Part shown: in pieces, positions 38,508-48,300 of the stretch
Numbering within the stretch: position 1 is the stretch's first letter
Layout: the number at the start of each line of letters is the position of its first letter
DNA from: Lentisphaeraceae bacterium
Lineage (GTDB): Bacteria > Verrucomicrobiota > Kiritimatiellia > RFP12 > DVOR01
Assembly: GCA_004555175.1 (NCBI GenBank)
Contig: SFJE01000003.1
Coordinates: 1,914-65,913, forward strand
DNA: 64,000 nt
Direction of reading: 5' to 3'
The notes under the pieces: generated by a model
What the model saw: only the letters and a program-made list of their open reading frames with translations
Databases searched by the model: none
Told to the model about the DNA's origin: nothing
Made by a program: the position numbers and the translations under genes

Positions 38508-39292
38508 GCTTGCGCCACGAGGATAAGGGTGGTGGGGATAGCCTCACACTCGTCGAGGGCGGCGAGCCAATCATCGGAGGCGTAGGCGGGGTTGGGAACG
38601 GCGGGGGGCTCTTCCAGGCGCAGAAGGGTAAGGCCGGCGGCGCGGAAGGCGTTGAACCAGGCGCTGACGGGATAGGCGCGCGAGGCGATGGGCGCGTTGG
38701 TGCCGTCGGGCTGCTCGCGGATGTCATCGAGGGGGTGGAAGTAGTTGACCAGGAGGCGGCCCCAGGTGGAGGTGCCGTCGTCGTTCTCGGCCTCCACCCA
38801 TTCGCCATTATAGACGGGGTGGACGGTGGAGAGGACGAAGGTGCCGCCGGGCTTGAGCCAGCGGGCCACGCGCTTGACGAGACCAAAGGGGTCGTCAACG
38901 AACTCGAACGCGTGCGAAGAGGTGATGAGGTCGTAACTCGCCTCGGGGGCGGAGAAGGCCTCGATGGCGCCCTGGCGGAAGTCGATGGAGAGTCCGGCCT
39001 GGGCGGCATCGGCACGGGCGTAGGCGAGCTGCGCTTCGGAGATATCCAGGGCGGTGCAGAGCAGGCCGCGGCGAGCGAGGTAGAGGGAGTTTTGGCCTTC
39101 ACCGCAGCCGAGCTCGAGGGCGGTCATGCCGGGCGAGAGGGGGGGCAAAAGACGGAGTTCGCGATCGCCGGGCAGGAGCGGACCGTAGTGGAAGTCCGAG
39201 CTATCGATGCGCGTGATGGCGCGGTAGTCGGCGGCGATGGCATTCCAGTAGCGGCGCTGGGGCTCGCTGTGCAGGTGGCTGTCATCGGCCAT
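38495..39292 (-). CDS. Class I SAM-dependent methyltransferase
   Basis: Motif I LELGCGEGQN with a post-I acidic residue. 265 aa. Confidence 0.75.
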   Translation of the reverse strand: MADDSHLHSEPQRRYWNAIAADYRAITRIDSSDFHYGPLLPGDRELRLLPPLSPGMTALELGCGEGQNSLYLARRGLLCTALDISEAQLAYARADAAQAGLSIDFRQGAIEAFSAPEASYDLITSSHAFEFVDDPFGLVKRVARWLKPGGTFVLSTVHPVYNGEWVEAENDDGTSTWGRLLVNYFHPLDDIREQPDGTNAPIASRAYPVSAWFNAFRAAGLTLLRLEEPPAVPNPAYASDDWLAALDECEAIPTTLILVAQAPQK

Positions 39293-39851
39293 CTGTCATC
39301 CCCTTTTTCCGCTGCCAGAGGCTCCAGAGGATGACGCTCTTCCCATCGTCGAGGGTGCCGGCGTCAATGGCGCGGTCAATCTCCTCGGCAGAGAGGAGGA
39401 CGGGCTTAAGATTCTCGTCGGTGTCGAGTTGCTGGGCGAGGGGGGTGGGCTTAAGCAGGGCGTGGAAGTGGTAGTGCACCTCATCGCAGTAGCCCGGGGA
39501 GGGGAGGGTCGAGCCGAGATAGGTGAGGCGGTCGACCTCATAGCCGCTCTCTTCGCGCGTTTCGCGCAGGGCGGCTTCCTCGGGCTTCTCGCCGGGCTCC
39601 ATACAACCGGCCACCACCTCCAGCAGGGTGCGCTCCACGGCCTTACGATATTGGTGGACGAGGAGATAGCGGCCATCGGGCAACTGGCAGAGGATGCAGA
39701 CCGCGCCGCGGTGGCGCATCACTTCGCGCGTGGTCCGGCGGCCGTCGGGCATCTCGATGTCCAGCACATCCACCACCACTGCGCGGCCCTCAAAGGCACG
39801 GCGCGTGGCGAGGGTCTTCTCCACAAAGTCTTGCGCTTCAATCGCTTCCAT
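39282..39851 (-). CDS. NUDIX hydrolase (ADP-ribose pyrophosphatase-like)
   Basis: Nudix box GCMEPGEKPEEAALRETREESG. Confidence 0.8.
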   Translation of the reverse strand: MEAIEAQDFVEKTLATRRAFEGRAVVVDVLDIEMPDGRRTTREVMRHRGAVCILCQLPDGRYLLVHQYRKAVERTLLEVVAGCMEPGEKPEEAALRETREESGYEVDRLTYLGSTLPSPGYCDEVHYHFHALLKPTPLAQQLDTDENLKPVLLSAEEIDRAIDAGTLDDGKSVILWSLWQRKKGMTDGR

Positions 39852-39855
39852 TGCT

Positions 39856-41397
39856 TTACTCCATCTCCAAGCGCTGCTCAAGGGCGAGTGAACGCTTGCC
39901 GCCGAGCTGAACGCTGCGCGCGTAGTACTTGGCCGCTAGGTCGCGCTTGGGGTCAATCGCCGGCAGACGCGTCATGGTAACGGCCATATTAAAGCAGGCA
40001 TCGGGGTCACGCGGGTCCTCGCGCATCAGCGCTTCGAGCACCTTCATCGCCTCCATCGGCAAGTTCTTGGTGAGGTAGACGCCAGCGGCGACCATTCGCG
40101 CCTTGCGCCCAACAGCCCCGGAAGCAGGAATGGCCTCGACCAACTCCAGCGCATCATCACTGCGCCCCTGCAACAGTCGCAAGCGCGCCAGCAGCAACAG
40201 CAATTCGGGCTCATCCGGCCACTGCCCCAGCGCCTCGGTCAAGCGCGCCTCCAGCCGATCGATGAGCTTGTTGTTCCAAAACTCGTTGCACATCGCCACG
40301 GCATGGGCGCGCGCCTGAGCATCGGCCTCGGCCGCAGCTTTGGCCTTCGCATCGGCTTCGGCTTTAACCTTTGCCTGCGCCTTACGCATCCGGGCAATTT
40401 CCTCGGCCTGCGCCTGCTTACGCGCCAGCGCCTCGGCCTCCAGACGCTCCTTTTCGGCCTTGGCACGCGCCTCGGCCTCCGCCTGTTCGCGCGCAATCGC
40501 CTGCTCAATCACCGCTACGCCTTGGCGGGCATCCTTAAGCGCCCCCTCGGCGGCTTGAAGGCGATTGGCCGCCACCTGCTTACGCGTGGCCACCTGCTCG
40601 CGGGCCGCCTTCGCTTCCGCCAGTGCGGCCTTGGCAGCCTCGCGGGCGGCCTTGGCTTCGGACTCAGCGGCCGCAGCTTGAGCAACTTGAGCAGAATCTC
40701 CGCCCTTGGCAGCGGCCGTCTTGGCCTGGAAGGTGGCCTGGGAAGCCAGAAAAGCGGCGGCATCGGCGGCGGCGTGGGCCTTGGCAGCTTCGGTAAAGGC
40801 GGCAGCCTTCTGGTCAAACTCGCGCTCAAGGGCGGCGAGGGCCTCGCGTTCGCGGGCAATGTCGGCCTCGGCGGCCATCACGCGCTGCTGCGCATCGCGC
40901 AACTGATCGGCCAAGGTGGGGGGACGGGCGAGGGCGGCGACCTTCTCGGCCTCGGCAGCCTTGTCGGCAATCGCCTTGCGCTCTTCGGCGAGGCGAGCCT
41001 CGAGGTCGGAGGTGTCGGTAACGGCCTGGCGGTTATCCTGAACCTCGGCACGCTTGAGGGCCAGCGCATCGAGGCTGGAGATGCAGTGAAACTTTTTGAG
41101 GCGCAGGGAGGCAAAGGCCGCAGAGGAGGTATCCTCCTCCATCTCAATCTCCTCCAGACGCGTCTGAGCCTGCCGGAAGAGGCGGATGGCCTCCTCGGTG
41201 TCGCCCGCTTCAGCAACGGTCTGCGCCTGGGCAATGAGGCGATTAGGTTCGCGCAAGAGGTCGGCCACATGCTTGGCCACCTTGGCCTCCTTCTCAGCCT
41301 CGCTCTCGCCAAAGAGTCCGGCCTGCAACGGGGTGGGAGCGCCCACGGCCAATATTAGCGCCAAGAACCCGGGAATAACAGCGGCAAACGGTTTCAT
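39856..41397 (-). CDS. Exported Ala-rich coiled-coil protein with C-terminal TPR-like region
   Basis: Signal peptide, long A/E/K-rich heptad region, and a C-terminal TPR-like segment. Confidence 0.5.
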   Translation of the reverse strand: MKPFAAVIPGFLALILAVGAPTPLQAGLFGESEAEKEAKVAKHVADLLREPNRLIAQAQTVAEAGDTEEAIRLFRQAQTRLEEIEMEEDTSSAAFASLRLKKFHCISSLDALALKRAEVQDNRQAVTDTSDLEARLAEERKAIADKAAEAEKVAALARPPTLADQLRDAQQRVMAAEADIAREREALAALEREFDQKAAAFTEAAKAHAAADAAAFLASQATFQAKTAAAKGGDSAQVAQAAAAESEAKAAREAAKAALAEAKAAREQVATRKQVAANRLQAAEGALKDARQGVAVIEQAIAREQAEAEARAKAEKERLEAEALARKQAQAEEIARMRKAQAKVKAEADAKAKAAAEADAQARAHAVAMCNEFWNNKLIDRLEARLTEALGQWPDEPELLLLLARLRLLQGRSDDALELVEAIPASGAVGRKARMVAAGVYLTKNLPMEAMKVLEALMREDPRDPDACFNMAVTMTRLPAIDPKRDLAAKYYARSVQLGGKRSLALEQRLEME

Positions 41398-41417
41398 AAC
41401 GTCCTTTCAGCAACGCG

Positions 41418-42359
41418 TTAGAATGAGCAGACGCCAAAGTCACCCTTCAGCGGCTCCACGTGAATCGTGATGATGGCATCATGCCCAAAGGCATCCTCCA
41501 GCAGGTGCTCAGCGTGCGAAGCGAGCTCGTGGCTCTCGCGCACGGTCATCTCGGGATCAACCCGGAAGTGCACTTCAATAACCGCCACGGTGCCCACCCG
41601 CCGCGAACGTAGGTGGTGCGGCTCAAAGAGACCGGGGATGGAGTGAATAAGCTCGAGGATGTGGGCGTTCTCCGCCTCGCTCATTCCATGCTCCATCAGC
41701 TTATCAAGCGAATCGCGCACAATCTCCCAGGCAATCTTCAGCAGAATAATCCCCACCGCAATCGCCGCAATGGGATCGAGCAGTACCCACTTGCCCCCAA
41801 AGAGCGCCGCCGCGCCCGCGCCGGCCGAGGTGGCAATTGAAGAAAAGGCATCGCTGCGGTGGTGCCAAGCGTTGGCCAAGAGCGCATCATTCTCCGTTTG
41901 CCGCGCCACCCGCACCGTCAGCTGATAGAGCACCTCTTTGGCGGCAATTGAGACAAGGCCGGCCCAGAGCGCCATCAACTCCGGCCGCTGCGGGTAGCGC
42001 CCGTGCACCGCCGCCGCCCAAAGCGCCTCGCCCGCATGGAAGGAGATCATCAGCCCCACCCCACAGAGCGCCACCCCCACAATCACCGCCGCCAAGGTTT
42101 CGTACTTGCCATGTCCATAGGGATGATCGGCATCCTGCGGGCGACCGGCCAAACGCATCCCCACCATCACCGCAAAGTCCGTCACGAAGTCCGAAGCCGA
42201 ATGCACCGCGTCGGCCACCATCGCCGCCGAGTGGCCGAGCACGCCCACCACGAACTTCCCGACCATTAGCACCACATTTACCCCCACCGACAGCCATGTT
42301 ACCCGTGTGGCCCGCCGCACCCGCTCGTCCATCATTATTGTTGTTGCACGCTGCTCCAT
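41418..42359 (-). CDS. Cation diffusion facilitator family transporter (CzcD/FieF-like)
   Basis: Six TM helices with CDF signature HxxxD motifs (HSASD, HHRSD) and a cytoplasmic C-terminal domain. Confidence 0.85.
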   Translation of the reverse strand: MEQRATTIMMDERVRRATRVTWLSVGVNVVLMVGKFVVGVLGHSAAMVADAVHSASDFVTDFAVMVGMRLAGRPQDADHPYGHGKYETLAAVIVGVALCGVGLMISFHAGEALWAAAVHGRYPQRPELMALWAGLVSIAAKEVLYQLTVRVARQTENDALLANAWHHRSDAFSSIATSAGAGAAALFGGKWVLLDPIAAIAVGIILLKIAWEIVRDSLDKLMEHGMSEAENAHILELIHSIPGLFEPHHLRSRRVGTVAVIEVHFRVDPEMTVRESHELASHAEHLLEDAFGHDAIITIHVEPLKGDFGVCSF

Positions 42360-42410
42360 AACAAGCCCATTATAGCACACCCACCCTGCACTATGCTATA
42401 TCGTGCGCAT

Positions 42411-42660
42411 GGTGCTCATTGTCATACTCCTTTCACATTAGACAGTTTCAACCGTTCAAGCACCGCCATCATATCCCACTTCCGCGCTGGGTTAACTCGC
42501 TTCCCGAGCGACTTGAATGAATAAGGCCCCGTCTTGTTGCAAATAAGACGGGGCCTTGTTGCGAATAAGACGGGGCCTTATTACCAATAAGACGGGGCCT
42601 TATTAGTTGCGCTCCGCCGAGCGGTTAGTTCTCTCCGCGCCGCGTGATAATCCGCGCCGC
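42411..42660. repeat. ~250-bp promoter-proximal element, copy 1 (about 90% identical to 59417-59670) with a 22-mer array at 42509-42606 (one inverted plus three direct AATAAGACGGGGCCTTRTTRNN units)
   Basis: Direct alignment of the two loci. TTTGCTACAAT at ~42706 sits upstream of aroK/B. Confidence 0.75.
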
Positions 42661-42742
42661 CGAGGCACTCTAAGCACGGTCAGCGCACAGGGTACGCGGG
42701 GGTTTGCTACAATTTGGGCGAAGAAGGAGCTTGAAAGACGGT

Positions 42743-44326
42743 ATGCAGTACGCCTCGGAGACATTCTTTTTGTATGGTCCGCCAGCGACAGGGAAGTCCA
42801 CCTGTGCAAAAAATCTGGCGGCGGCGTTGGGAAAGCGCGCAGTGGATTTGGATTCACTGATCGAAGCGCGCGTGGGAATGAGTATTCCAGCTTATGTGGC
42901 GCAGGCTGGGCGCGAGGCCTTTCGCGATGCCGAGACGGCCACCCTAGAGGCTCTCTGCGCCGAGGCGCCGAACGCAGTGGTCGCGCTGGGGGGCGGGGCG
43001 TTACTGCGCGCGCAAAATCGTGCAATGGTCGAAGCCTGTGGACCGGTGGTCTGCATCCAAACCCCGCCGGCGGAGTTGGCGCGTCGGGTCGAGCGTAAGG
43101 CGGGGAGTCGGCCCTTCTCAGCGGATGCCGCGGCATTACTCAAAACGCTTGAAGAGCGCAAGGAGCACTACGCCTCCTTTCGGCTACAGGTGGCGGTCGA
43201 TGGCATCGCCCCGCCGCAAGAGGTGTGGCCGCGCGTGCTGGCGGCCTTTGGGATCTATCTGGTTTCGGGGATGGGCGCGCCCTATACAGTGCGCGTGGCG
43301 CCGGGGGCAATTGAGTTGCTGGGCGGGGTGATTGCGCGGCTGGAGCCGCGGCCACGCCATCTGCTCTTGGTGGGCGATAGCAACACCCTGCCGCTCTATC
43401 GCGCGCGCGTGGAGGCGGCCTTGGGCGAAGCAGTGGCCTGCCACGAGATTCCTGCCGGCGAAGAGCATAAAACCTTAGCGACGGTGGAGGGCATCTGGGG
43501 CGCAATGTTGCGCGCGGGGATTGAGCGCGGCGACTTGGTCCTGGCCTTGGGCGGCGGCGTGGTGGGTGACCTCACGGGCTTTGCTGCGGCCACCTGGTTG
43601 CGCGGGGTGCGCTGGCTGAATATGCCCACGAGCCTGCTGGCAATGGTCGATGCCGGCGTGGGGGGCAAGACGGGGGCGGACCTAAAGGCCGGGAAAAACT
43701 TGATTGGTGCCTTCCATCCACCGTGCGCGGTGCTCTCGGATACCAACGTGCTCTCCACGCTGCCCGAGCGCGAGCTGCGATGCGGTTTGGCCGAAACTTA
43801 TAAGCACGCGATGATTGGCGACCCGGGCTTGGCCGAGCTGCTCGCGCGCTTTGACCAGGCGCGCGGCTCGGTGGACTACCTGACCGAGCTCGTGGTGCGC
43901 TCGGTGGGGGTCAAGGTGCGGACCATTCTGGCCGATCCCTTTGAGCGGACCGGTCTGCGCGCGGCGTTGAACTTGGGTCACACCGTTGGCCACGCGGTTG
44001 AGGCGGCCAGCGGCTTTGCCGTGGCACACGGCGAGGCGGTGGCCATCGGGACGGTGGCGGCCGCGCGGTTGGCCGAGGGGATGGACTTGGCGCGCGAGGC
44101 AGGGCTCTCGGCGCGGGTCAAGGCCGGGCTTGAGGCGCTGGGGTTGCCCACGGAGATCCCCGCCGGCTACGATGCCGCCACGCTCAAGGATTACCTTTCC
44201 CACGATAAGAAGAAGGCCGCGGGCGTGGTTCGGTTTGCCCTGCCTGTGGCCTTTGGCGAAGTGCGGACCGGCTGCACGGTGCGCGAGGAGGTGCTTGATG
44301 AAGTTCTTGCAGGACAACGGCTTTGA
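42743..44326 (+). CDS. aroKB: Bifunctional shikimate kinase / 3-dehydroquinate synthase (AroK-AroB fusion)
   Basis: N-terminal P-loop LYGPPATGKST (shikimate kinase fold). C-terminal DHQS motifs (GGGVVGDLTGFAAA, NLGHTVGHAVE). An RBS AAGAAGGAG sits upstream of ATG 42743. Confidence 0.85.
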   Translation: MQYASETFFLYGPPATGKSTCAKNLAAALGKRAVDLDSLIEARVGMSIPAYVAQAGREAFRDAETATLEALCAEAPNAVVALGGGALLRAQNRAMVEACGPVVCIQTPPAELARRVERKAGSRPFSADAAALLKTLEERKEHYASFRLQVAVDGIAPPQEVWPRVLAAFGIYLVSGMGAPYTVRVAPGAIELLGGVIARLEPRPRHLLLVGDSNTLPLYRARVEAALGEAVACHEIPAGEEHKTLATVEGIWGAMLRAGIERGDLVLALGGGVVGDLTGFAAATWLRGVRWLNMPTSLLAMVDAGVGGKTGADLKAGKNLIGAFHPPCAVLSDTNVLSTLPERELRCGLAETYKHAMIGDPGLAELLARFDQARGSVDYLTELVVRSVGVKVRTILADPFERTGLRAALNLGHTVGHAVEAASGFAVAHGEAVAIGTVAAARLAEGMDLAREAGLSARVKAGLEALGLPTEIPAGYDAATLKDYLSHDKKKAAGVVRFALPVAFGEVRTGCTVREEVLDEVLAGQRL

Positions 44327-45551
44327 TGCCCAAGTGGGCAACGCCGAGGAGATTCTCCAGGCCTTTCGTGCCGAGATGGCGCGCGGGCTCTTGGGCGAAG
44401 GAAAGTTACCGATGCTGCCAGCCGGCTTCACGCTGAGTGAGCAAATGCCGCGCAATTGCGAGATGCCAGCCTTTGATGTGGGCGGCACAAACACACGCTC
44501 AGCCCGCGTCCACTTCGATGAACACGGCGTGCCGGTGGTCGGACCGCAACTCAAGGGCTTTATGCCCGGCTCGCGTGGGCCGGTCAGTCACGAGGAGTTC
44601 TACCGCCTACTCTGCGATGTGCTCGCGCCGAACCTCCGCACCGGCGAGCGCTTCGGCTTCTGCTTCTCCTACCCCGTCACCGCCGAAGGCGTGCTGCTCT
44701 ATTGGACCAAACACATTCAAGCCTCCTCCATCGTTGGCACCAATGTGGCCCAGGGCCTCTGCGCGGCCCTCACCGCCAGCGGTATCGGTCAAACCCGCCC
44801 CGTGGTGCTTAACGACACGGTTGCAGCCCTCTTGGCCGCCTATGCCCACCACGCCGAAGAGCAGCGCGCAGCCTATGTGGGCTTCATCCTCGGCACCGGC
44901 ACCAACACCGCTTACGCCGAAGCCGCCGGGCGCATCCTCAAGGCCCCGGGCCTCCCCGCCGGCACCTTCATGCCCATCAACTGTGAATCGGGCAATTTCG
45001 CCGACTTCCCCCGCTCGCGCTTCGATGAACGCCACGAGGCCTCCTCCGGCAATGGCAAGGCCCTCTGGGAGCGCTGCATCTCCGGCGTGCACCTAGGCGA
45101 CCTGGGCACCGAAATCCTCCGCACCGCCGCCGAAGCCGGGCTCTTCTCCGCCGGGCTACGCGATGACGTCCTCTCGCGCTCGCTCTCCAACATTGAGCTC
45201 GACGACTTCTGTGCCGGCCGCCGGCCCGATCTCTTCGCCTGTTCGGCCAATGAAGCCCAGATTATCCGCTCGCTCCTCTGCCCAATGTACGAGCGCGCTG
45301 CCCGCTTCGCCGCCATCAACATCGCAGCCGCCGCCCTCCAATCCGCAGAGGCCCGCGGCTGCCACGCCGGCCTCTGCCGCATCAATGCCGATGGCTCCAC
45401 CTTCTGGAAGACCGCCTGCGTCCCCTTCCGAGAGATCGTTGAACAACAACTCGACGCCCTCCTTCGCCCCCGCGGCTTCTCCTTCGAAATCGTCCGTATC
45501 GACGATGCCCCCCTCCTCGGCGCCGCCATCGCAGCAGCCTCCCAGGCCTAA
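44298..45551 (+). CDS. Eukaryotic-type hexokinase family protein (PF00349/PF03727)
   Basis: Hexokinase motifs (FDVGGTNTR, FGFCFSYPV, LNDTVAAL, ILGTGTNTAY, ADGSTF). The start overlaps the aroKB 3' end by 29 nt. Confidence 0.8.
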   Translation: MKFLQDNGFDAQVGNAEEILQAFRAEMARGLLGEGKLPMLPAGFTLSEQMPRNCEMPAFDVGGTNTRSARVHFDEHGVPVVGPQLKGFMPGSRGPVSHEEFYRLLCDVLAPNLRTGERFGFCFSYPVTAEGVLLYWTKHIQASSIVGTNVAQGLCAALTASGIGQTRPVVLNDTVAALLAAYAHHAEEQRAAYVGFILGTGTNTAYAEAAGRILKAPGLPAGTFMPINCESGNFADFPRSRFDERHEASSGNGKALWERCISGVHLGDLGTEILRTAAEAGLFSAGLRDDVLSRSLSNIELDDFCAGRRPDLFACSANEAQIIRSLLCPMYERAARFAAINIAAAALQSAEARGCHAGLCRINADGSTFWKTACVPFREIVEQQLDALLRPRGFSFEIVRIDDAPLLGAAIAAASQA

Positions 45552-45700
45552 CGCGTCCTCCCCTCCCCCCAAAAAAGCCCCGCGAGCGCCCCGTCTTCAG
45601 CCGCGAAGCGGTAACCGCTTGCGCCGAGAGCGTGTTGCGTGCTATAGTATAGGCATTGCTTGGGGCAAGTCCGCCTTGGGCATCAATGGAGAGAGAAACC

Positions 45701-45871
45701 ATGGCTTACAAAATCACTGAGAAGTGTGTTGCTTGCGGGACCTGCGCCGGGGAATGCCCGGTCGAGGCGATTTCCGCCGGCGATCCCATCTACACGATCG
45801 ATCCCGAGAAGTGCGTCAGCTGCGGCACTTGCGCCGGCGCCTGCCCGATGGAAGCGATCGTCGCGGAGTAA
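45701..45871 (+). CDS. fdx: 2x[4Fe-4S] ferredoxin
   Basis: 56 aa with two CxxCxxCxxxCP motifs. Confidence 0.85.
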   Translation: MAYKITEKCVACGTCAGECPVEAISAGDPIYTIDPEKCVSCGTCAGACPMEAIVAE

Positions 45872-45892
45872 CACCTGCGTACGTCCGTGGAT

Positions 45893-45935
45893 GGAGGTTT
45901 GGATGCCCGTTGGGCCCAAGCCTCCATTTTTATTT
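45893..45935 (+). terminator. Rho-independent terminator after the ferredoxin gene
   Basis: Hairpin GGAGGTTTGGATGCCCGTTGGGCCCAAGCCTCC followed by ATTTTTATTT. Confidence 0.75.
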
Positions 45936-45936
45936 A

Positions 45937-46092
45937 AGCAGACAGCCCGCGTTCCGCGACGGGCAGATGTTTCCTCCCAATTATGTGCTTCTCACGGCTC
46001 AGACGGGCCTTCCACCTTAAGCGCCAGCACGATGGCATAGCTCCTTCGCTAACGCTACGGACTTGTCAGCTGTCGGCTGTCAGCTGTTGGCT
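45937..46092. repeat. Composite repeat: reverse core CGCGTTCCGCGACGG (45948-45962), spacer, module CGATGGCATAGCTCCTTCGCTAACGCTACGGACTTG (inverted copy of 51965-52000), and heptamers TCAGCTGTCGGCTGTCAGCTGTTGGCT
   Basis: Direct reading. It overlaps the first 15 codons of the annotated decarboxylase ORF. Confidence 0.7.
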
Positions 46093-46107
46093 ATCATCTC
46101 CTCCCCT

Positions 46108-48300
46108 ATGGACTGCCAGACGATCTTCTACCTGACTGATGCGCCGGAGGCGACGCGTGAGGTGTTGCAGGATTTGGAGTATGGGCTTTCGGATGCCTTT
46201 CAGGCCTTTTGCCGGGAGCACTTTACCTTCGAGGATCCGCTCGACTACCCAGAGTTGCGGCTGATTGCCGTGCGCACGCCCGCGGAGTTGGATGCCGCGC
46301 TCTTCCACGCGCCCGATGAGCGGCACTTTCTCTCGGCCGAAGGGGCGGGGTGCTGTCTCTTTTTGCTGGATGACGAGCTGGGCGGCCGGCCGGTCTTTGA
46401 CTATCAGCTCGATGGCTTGCCACTGCCGAAGTGGTTCCTGACATACTTTCCGGCCATTCCCAAGGTGCTGGTGACGCGGCCCGGGCACGCGAAGCTGCAC
46501 TTGCCTTCACGGCGGTGGGCGCAGAAGCCCTTCTCGGTGCTGACGAACCCGAAGGCGAATCGCGAGCGGCTGGACCATCTCTTTGCCTCCTTTTGGCTGC
46601 CGCGCTTCTGGGACGCGCTTCGGCAGTATGTGCGCCGGCGCGCGGGGACGAGTTGGCACACCCCCGGCCACAACAACGGCAACGCCTTCGAGCGCTCGCC
46701 CTTCCTGCACGGCTTTCACGACGCCTTCTCTTCGATGATCTTCCGCTCGGATCTCTCGGTGTCGGTGGAGTCTCTGGGCGACCTCTCCGACCCGGAGGGC
46801 CACACGCCGCTCTCCGAGTCGCAGCGGCTCACTTCGGAGATCTTCGGTACGGCGCAGAGCTGCTACGTCACCAACGGCACGAGCACCTCCAACAAGGCGA
46901 TGTTGATGACGCTCCTGCGCCCGGGCGAAGTGGTGCTGCTCGACCGCAACTGCCACAAGTCGGTCCACCATGCGGTGGTGATGGCCGGGGCGGTGCCGCG
47001 GTATTTGCCGGCGCACTACAACGAGCGGCTGGGGGTGTGGGGGCCGATTGCGCTGGCGGATTTGCGCGCGGAGTTGGCTGCGGCGGCAGCGTTACCCGAG
47101 GCGCAGAAGCCCAAGATGCTCGTCATCACCACCTGCACCTATGAGGGCATTCTCTATCCGGTCTGGGAGATTGGCCGCTTGTGCGAGGAGGCCGGACTCC
47201 TCTTCTATGCCGACGAAGCCTGGGCGCCCTACCTGACCTTCCACCCCTACTACACGCGCACGCTCGAGGACGGCCGCCAGGTGCGCTTCAACGCGGTCTC
47301 GGAGGTGGGCGGGGCGCACTTTGCCGTGCAGTCCACCCACAAGGCGCTTTCGGCCTTCTCGCAGGCCTCGATGATCCACGTCTCCAATCGCTTCAAGGCG
47401 CTCTTGGAGAGCGACGCGGGCAAGCCCTTCCGTTGGCTGCGCCGCCGCTTCCACCTCCACGGTCACGGTTCCTACGAAAAGTTCTCGCACGACCTCCACG
47501 AGGTTCTGCGCTACTGGCACTCCACTTCGCCCCACTATCCCACCCTCGCCACGCTCGATATGGCCGGCATTCAGATGCGCCTCGAGGGGCTGGCCCTCAT
47601 CGAGCAGCGCCTGCACTGGGTGGCCGCCTTCCAAAAGCGCGTCTCGGACCTGGTGGGCCGCCCCATTCACGAGTGTTTCGCCGGCGTGCGCGCCATTGCG
47701 GGCGACGACCCGAGCTGGAAGCGCGAGGGCTACTTCCACGACCCGCTCAAGATGGTCCTCTGCTTCCGAACCGCGCGCGACTGCGAGGCCTTCCGCAAGC
47801 TCCTCCACCAGAGCCACATTCAGTGGGAGAAGGCCTCGCCCGTCACCATCCTCTTCCTCGTGACCGTCGGGACCGTGCGCGAGCACTTTGAGTACCTCTT
47901 CCGCTGCATTCGCCAGATGCAGAGCGCCATCGGCCTGAGCGAGGAGGCGCCGGACCCCGCGCAGCACCTGCGCCAGGCCATCGCCGGCCAGCCGGTCGTC
48001 CTCCCGCGCGATGCCGCGCTCTGCGATGGCGAGCTGCTGCCGTTGGAATCCTGCGAGGGGCGCATCTGCTCGCAGTTGCTGGTCCCCTATCCGCCCGGCA
48101 TCCCCGTCTTTATCCCCGGATTGCGCATCACCCGGCCAATGATTGACCTCATCTTGGAGGTTATCCGCCGCGAGGGCCCCGATGCCGTTCACGGCCTCTT
48201 CATCCGCGGCAAGAAGCCCTTCGTCGAAGTGCTGAACCGGGATGAGGAGGCGCGCGTGACCCGCTGCGCGGGCGACAGCTTTCCAAAGGAGAACCCATGA
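46108..48300 (+). CDS. Orn/Lys/Arg decarboxylase family (fold-type I PLP, major domain OKR_DC_1)
   Basis: PLP-lysine motif VQSTHKALSAFS and a wing-like N-terminal domain. ATG 46108 lies downstream of the repeat-derived 5' extension. Confidence 0.8.
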   Translation: MDCQTIFYLTDAPEATREVLQDLEYGLSDAFQAFCREHFTFEDPLDYPELRLIAVRTPAELDAALFHAPDERHFLSAEGAGCCLFLLDDELGGRPVFDYQLDGLPLPKWFLTYFPAIPKVLVTRPGHAKLHLPSRRWAQKPFSVLTNPKANRERLDHLFASFWLPRFWDALRQYVRRRAGTSWHTPGHNNGNAFERSPFLHGFHDAFSSMIFRSDLSVSVESLGDLSDPEGHTPLSESQRLTSEIFGTAQSCYVTNGTSTSNKAMLMTLLRPGEVVLLDRNCHKSVHHAVVMAGAVPRYLPAHYNERLGVWGPIALADLRAELAAAAALPEAQKPKMLVITTCTYEGILYPVWEIGRLCEEAGLLFYADEAWAPYLTFHPYYTRTLEDGRQVRFNAVSEVGGAHFAVQSTHKALSAFSQASMIHVSNRFKALLESDAGKPFRWLRRRFHLHGHGSYEKFSHDLHEVLRYWHSTSPHYPTLATLDMAGIQMRLEGLALIEQRLHWVAAFQKRVSDLVGRPIHECFAGVRAIAGDDPSWKREGYFHDPLKMVLCFRTARDCEAFRKLLHQSHIQWEKASPVTILFLVTVGTVREHFEYLFRCIRQMQSAIGLSEEAPDPAQHLRQAIAGQPVVLPRDAALCDGELLPLESCEGRICSQLLVPYPPGIPVFIPGLRITRPMIDLILEVIRREGPDAVHGLFIRGKKPFVEVLNRDEEARVTRCAGDSFPKENP

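Noticed and set aside
42509-42606. Tandem 22-mer units (AATAAGACGGGGCC...) considered as a possible CRISPR array
   Set aside because: The units are contiguous with no unique spacers, there are only 3-4 copies with one inverted, and there are no cas genes. This is a hairpin-forming tandem repeat, not CRISPR.
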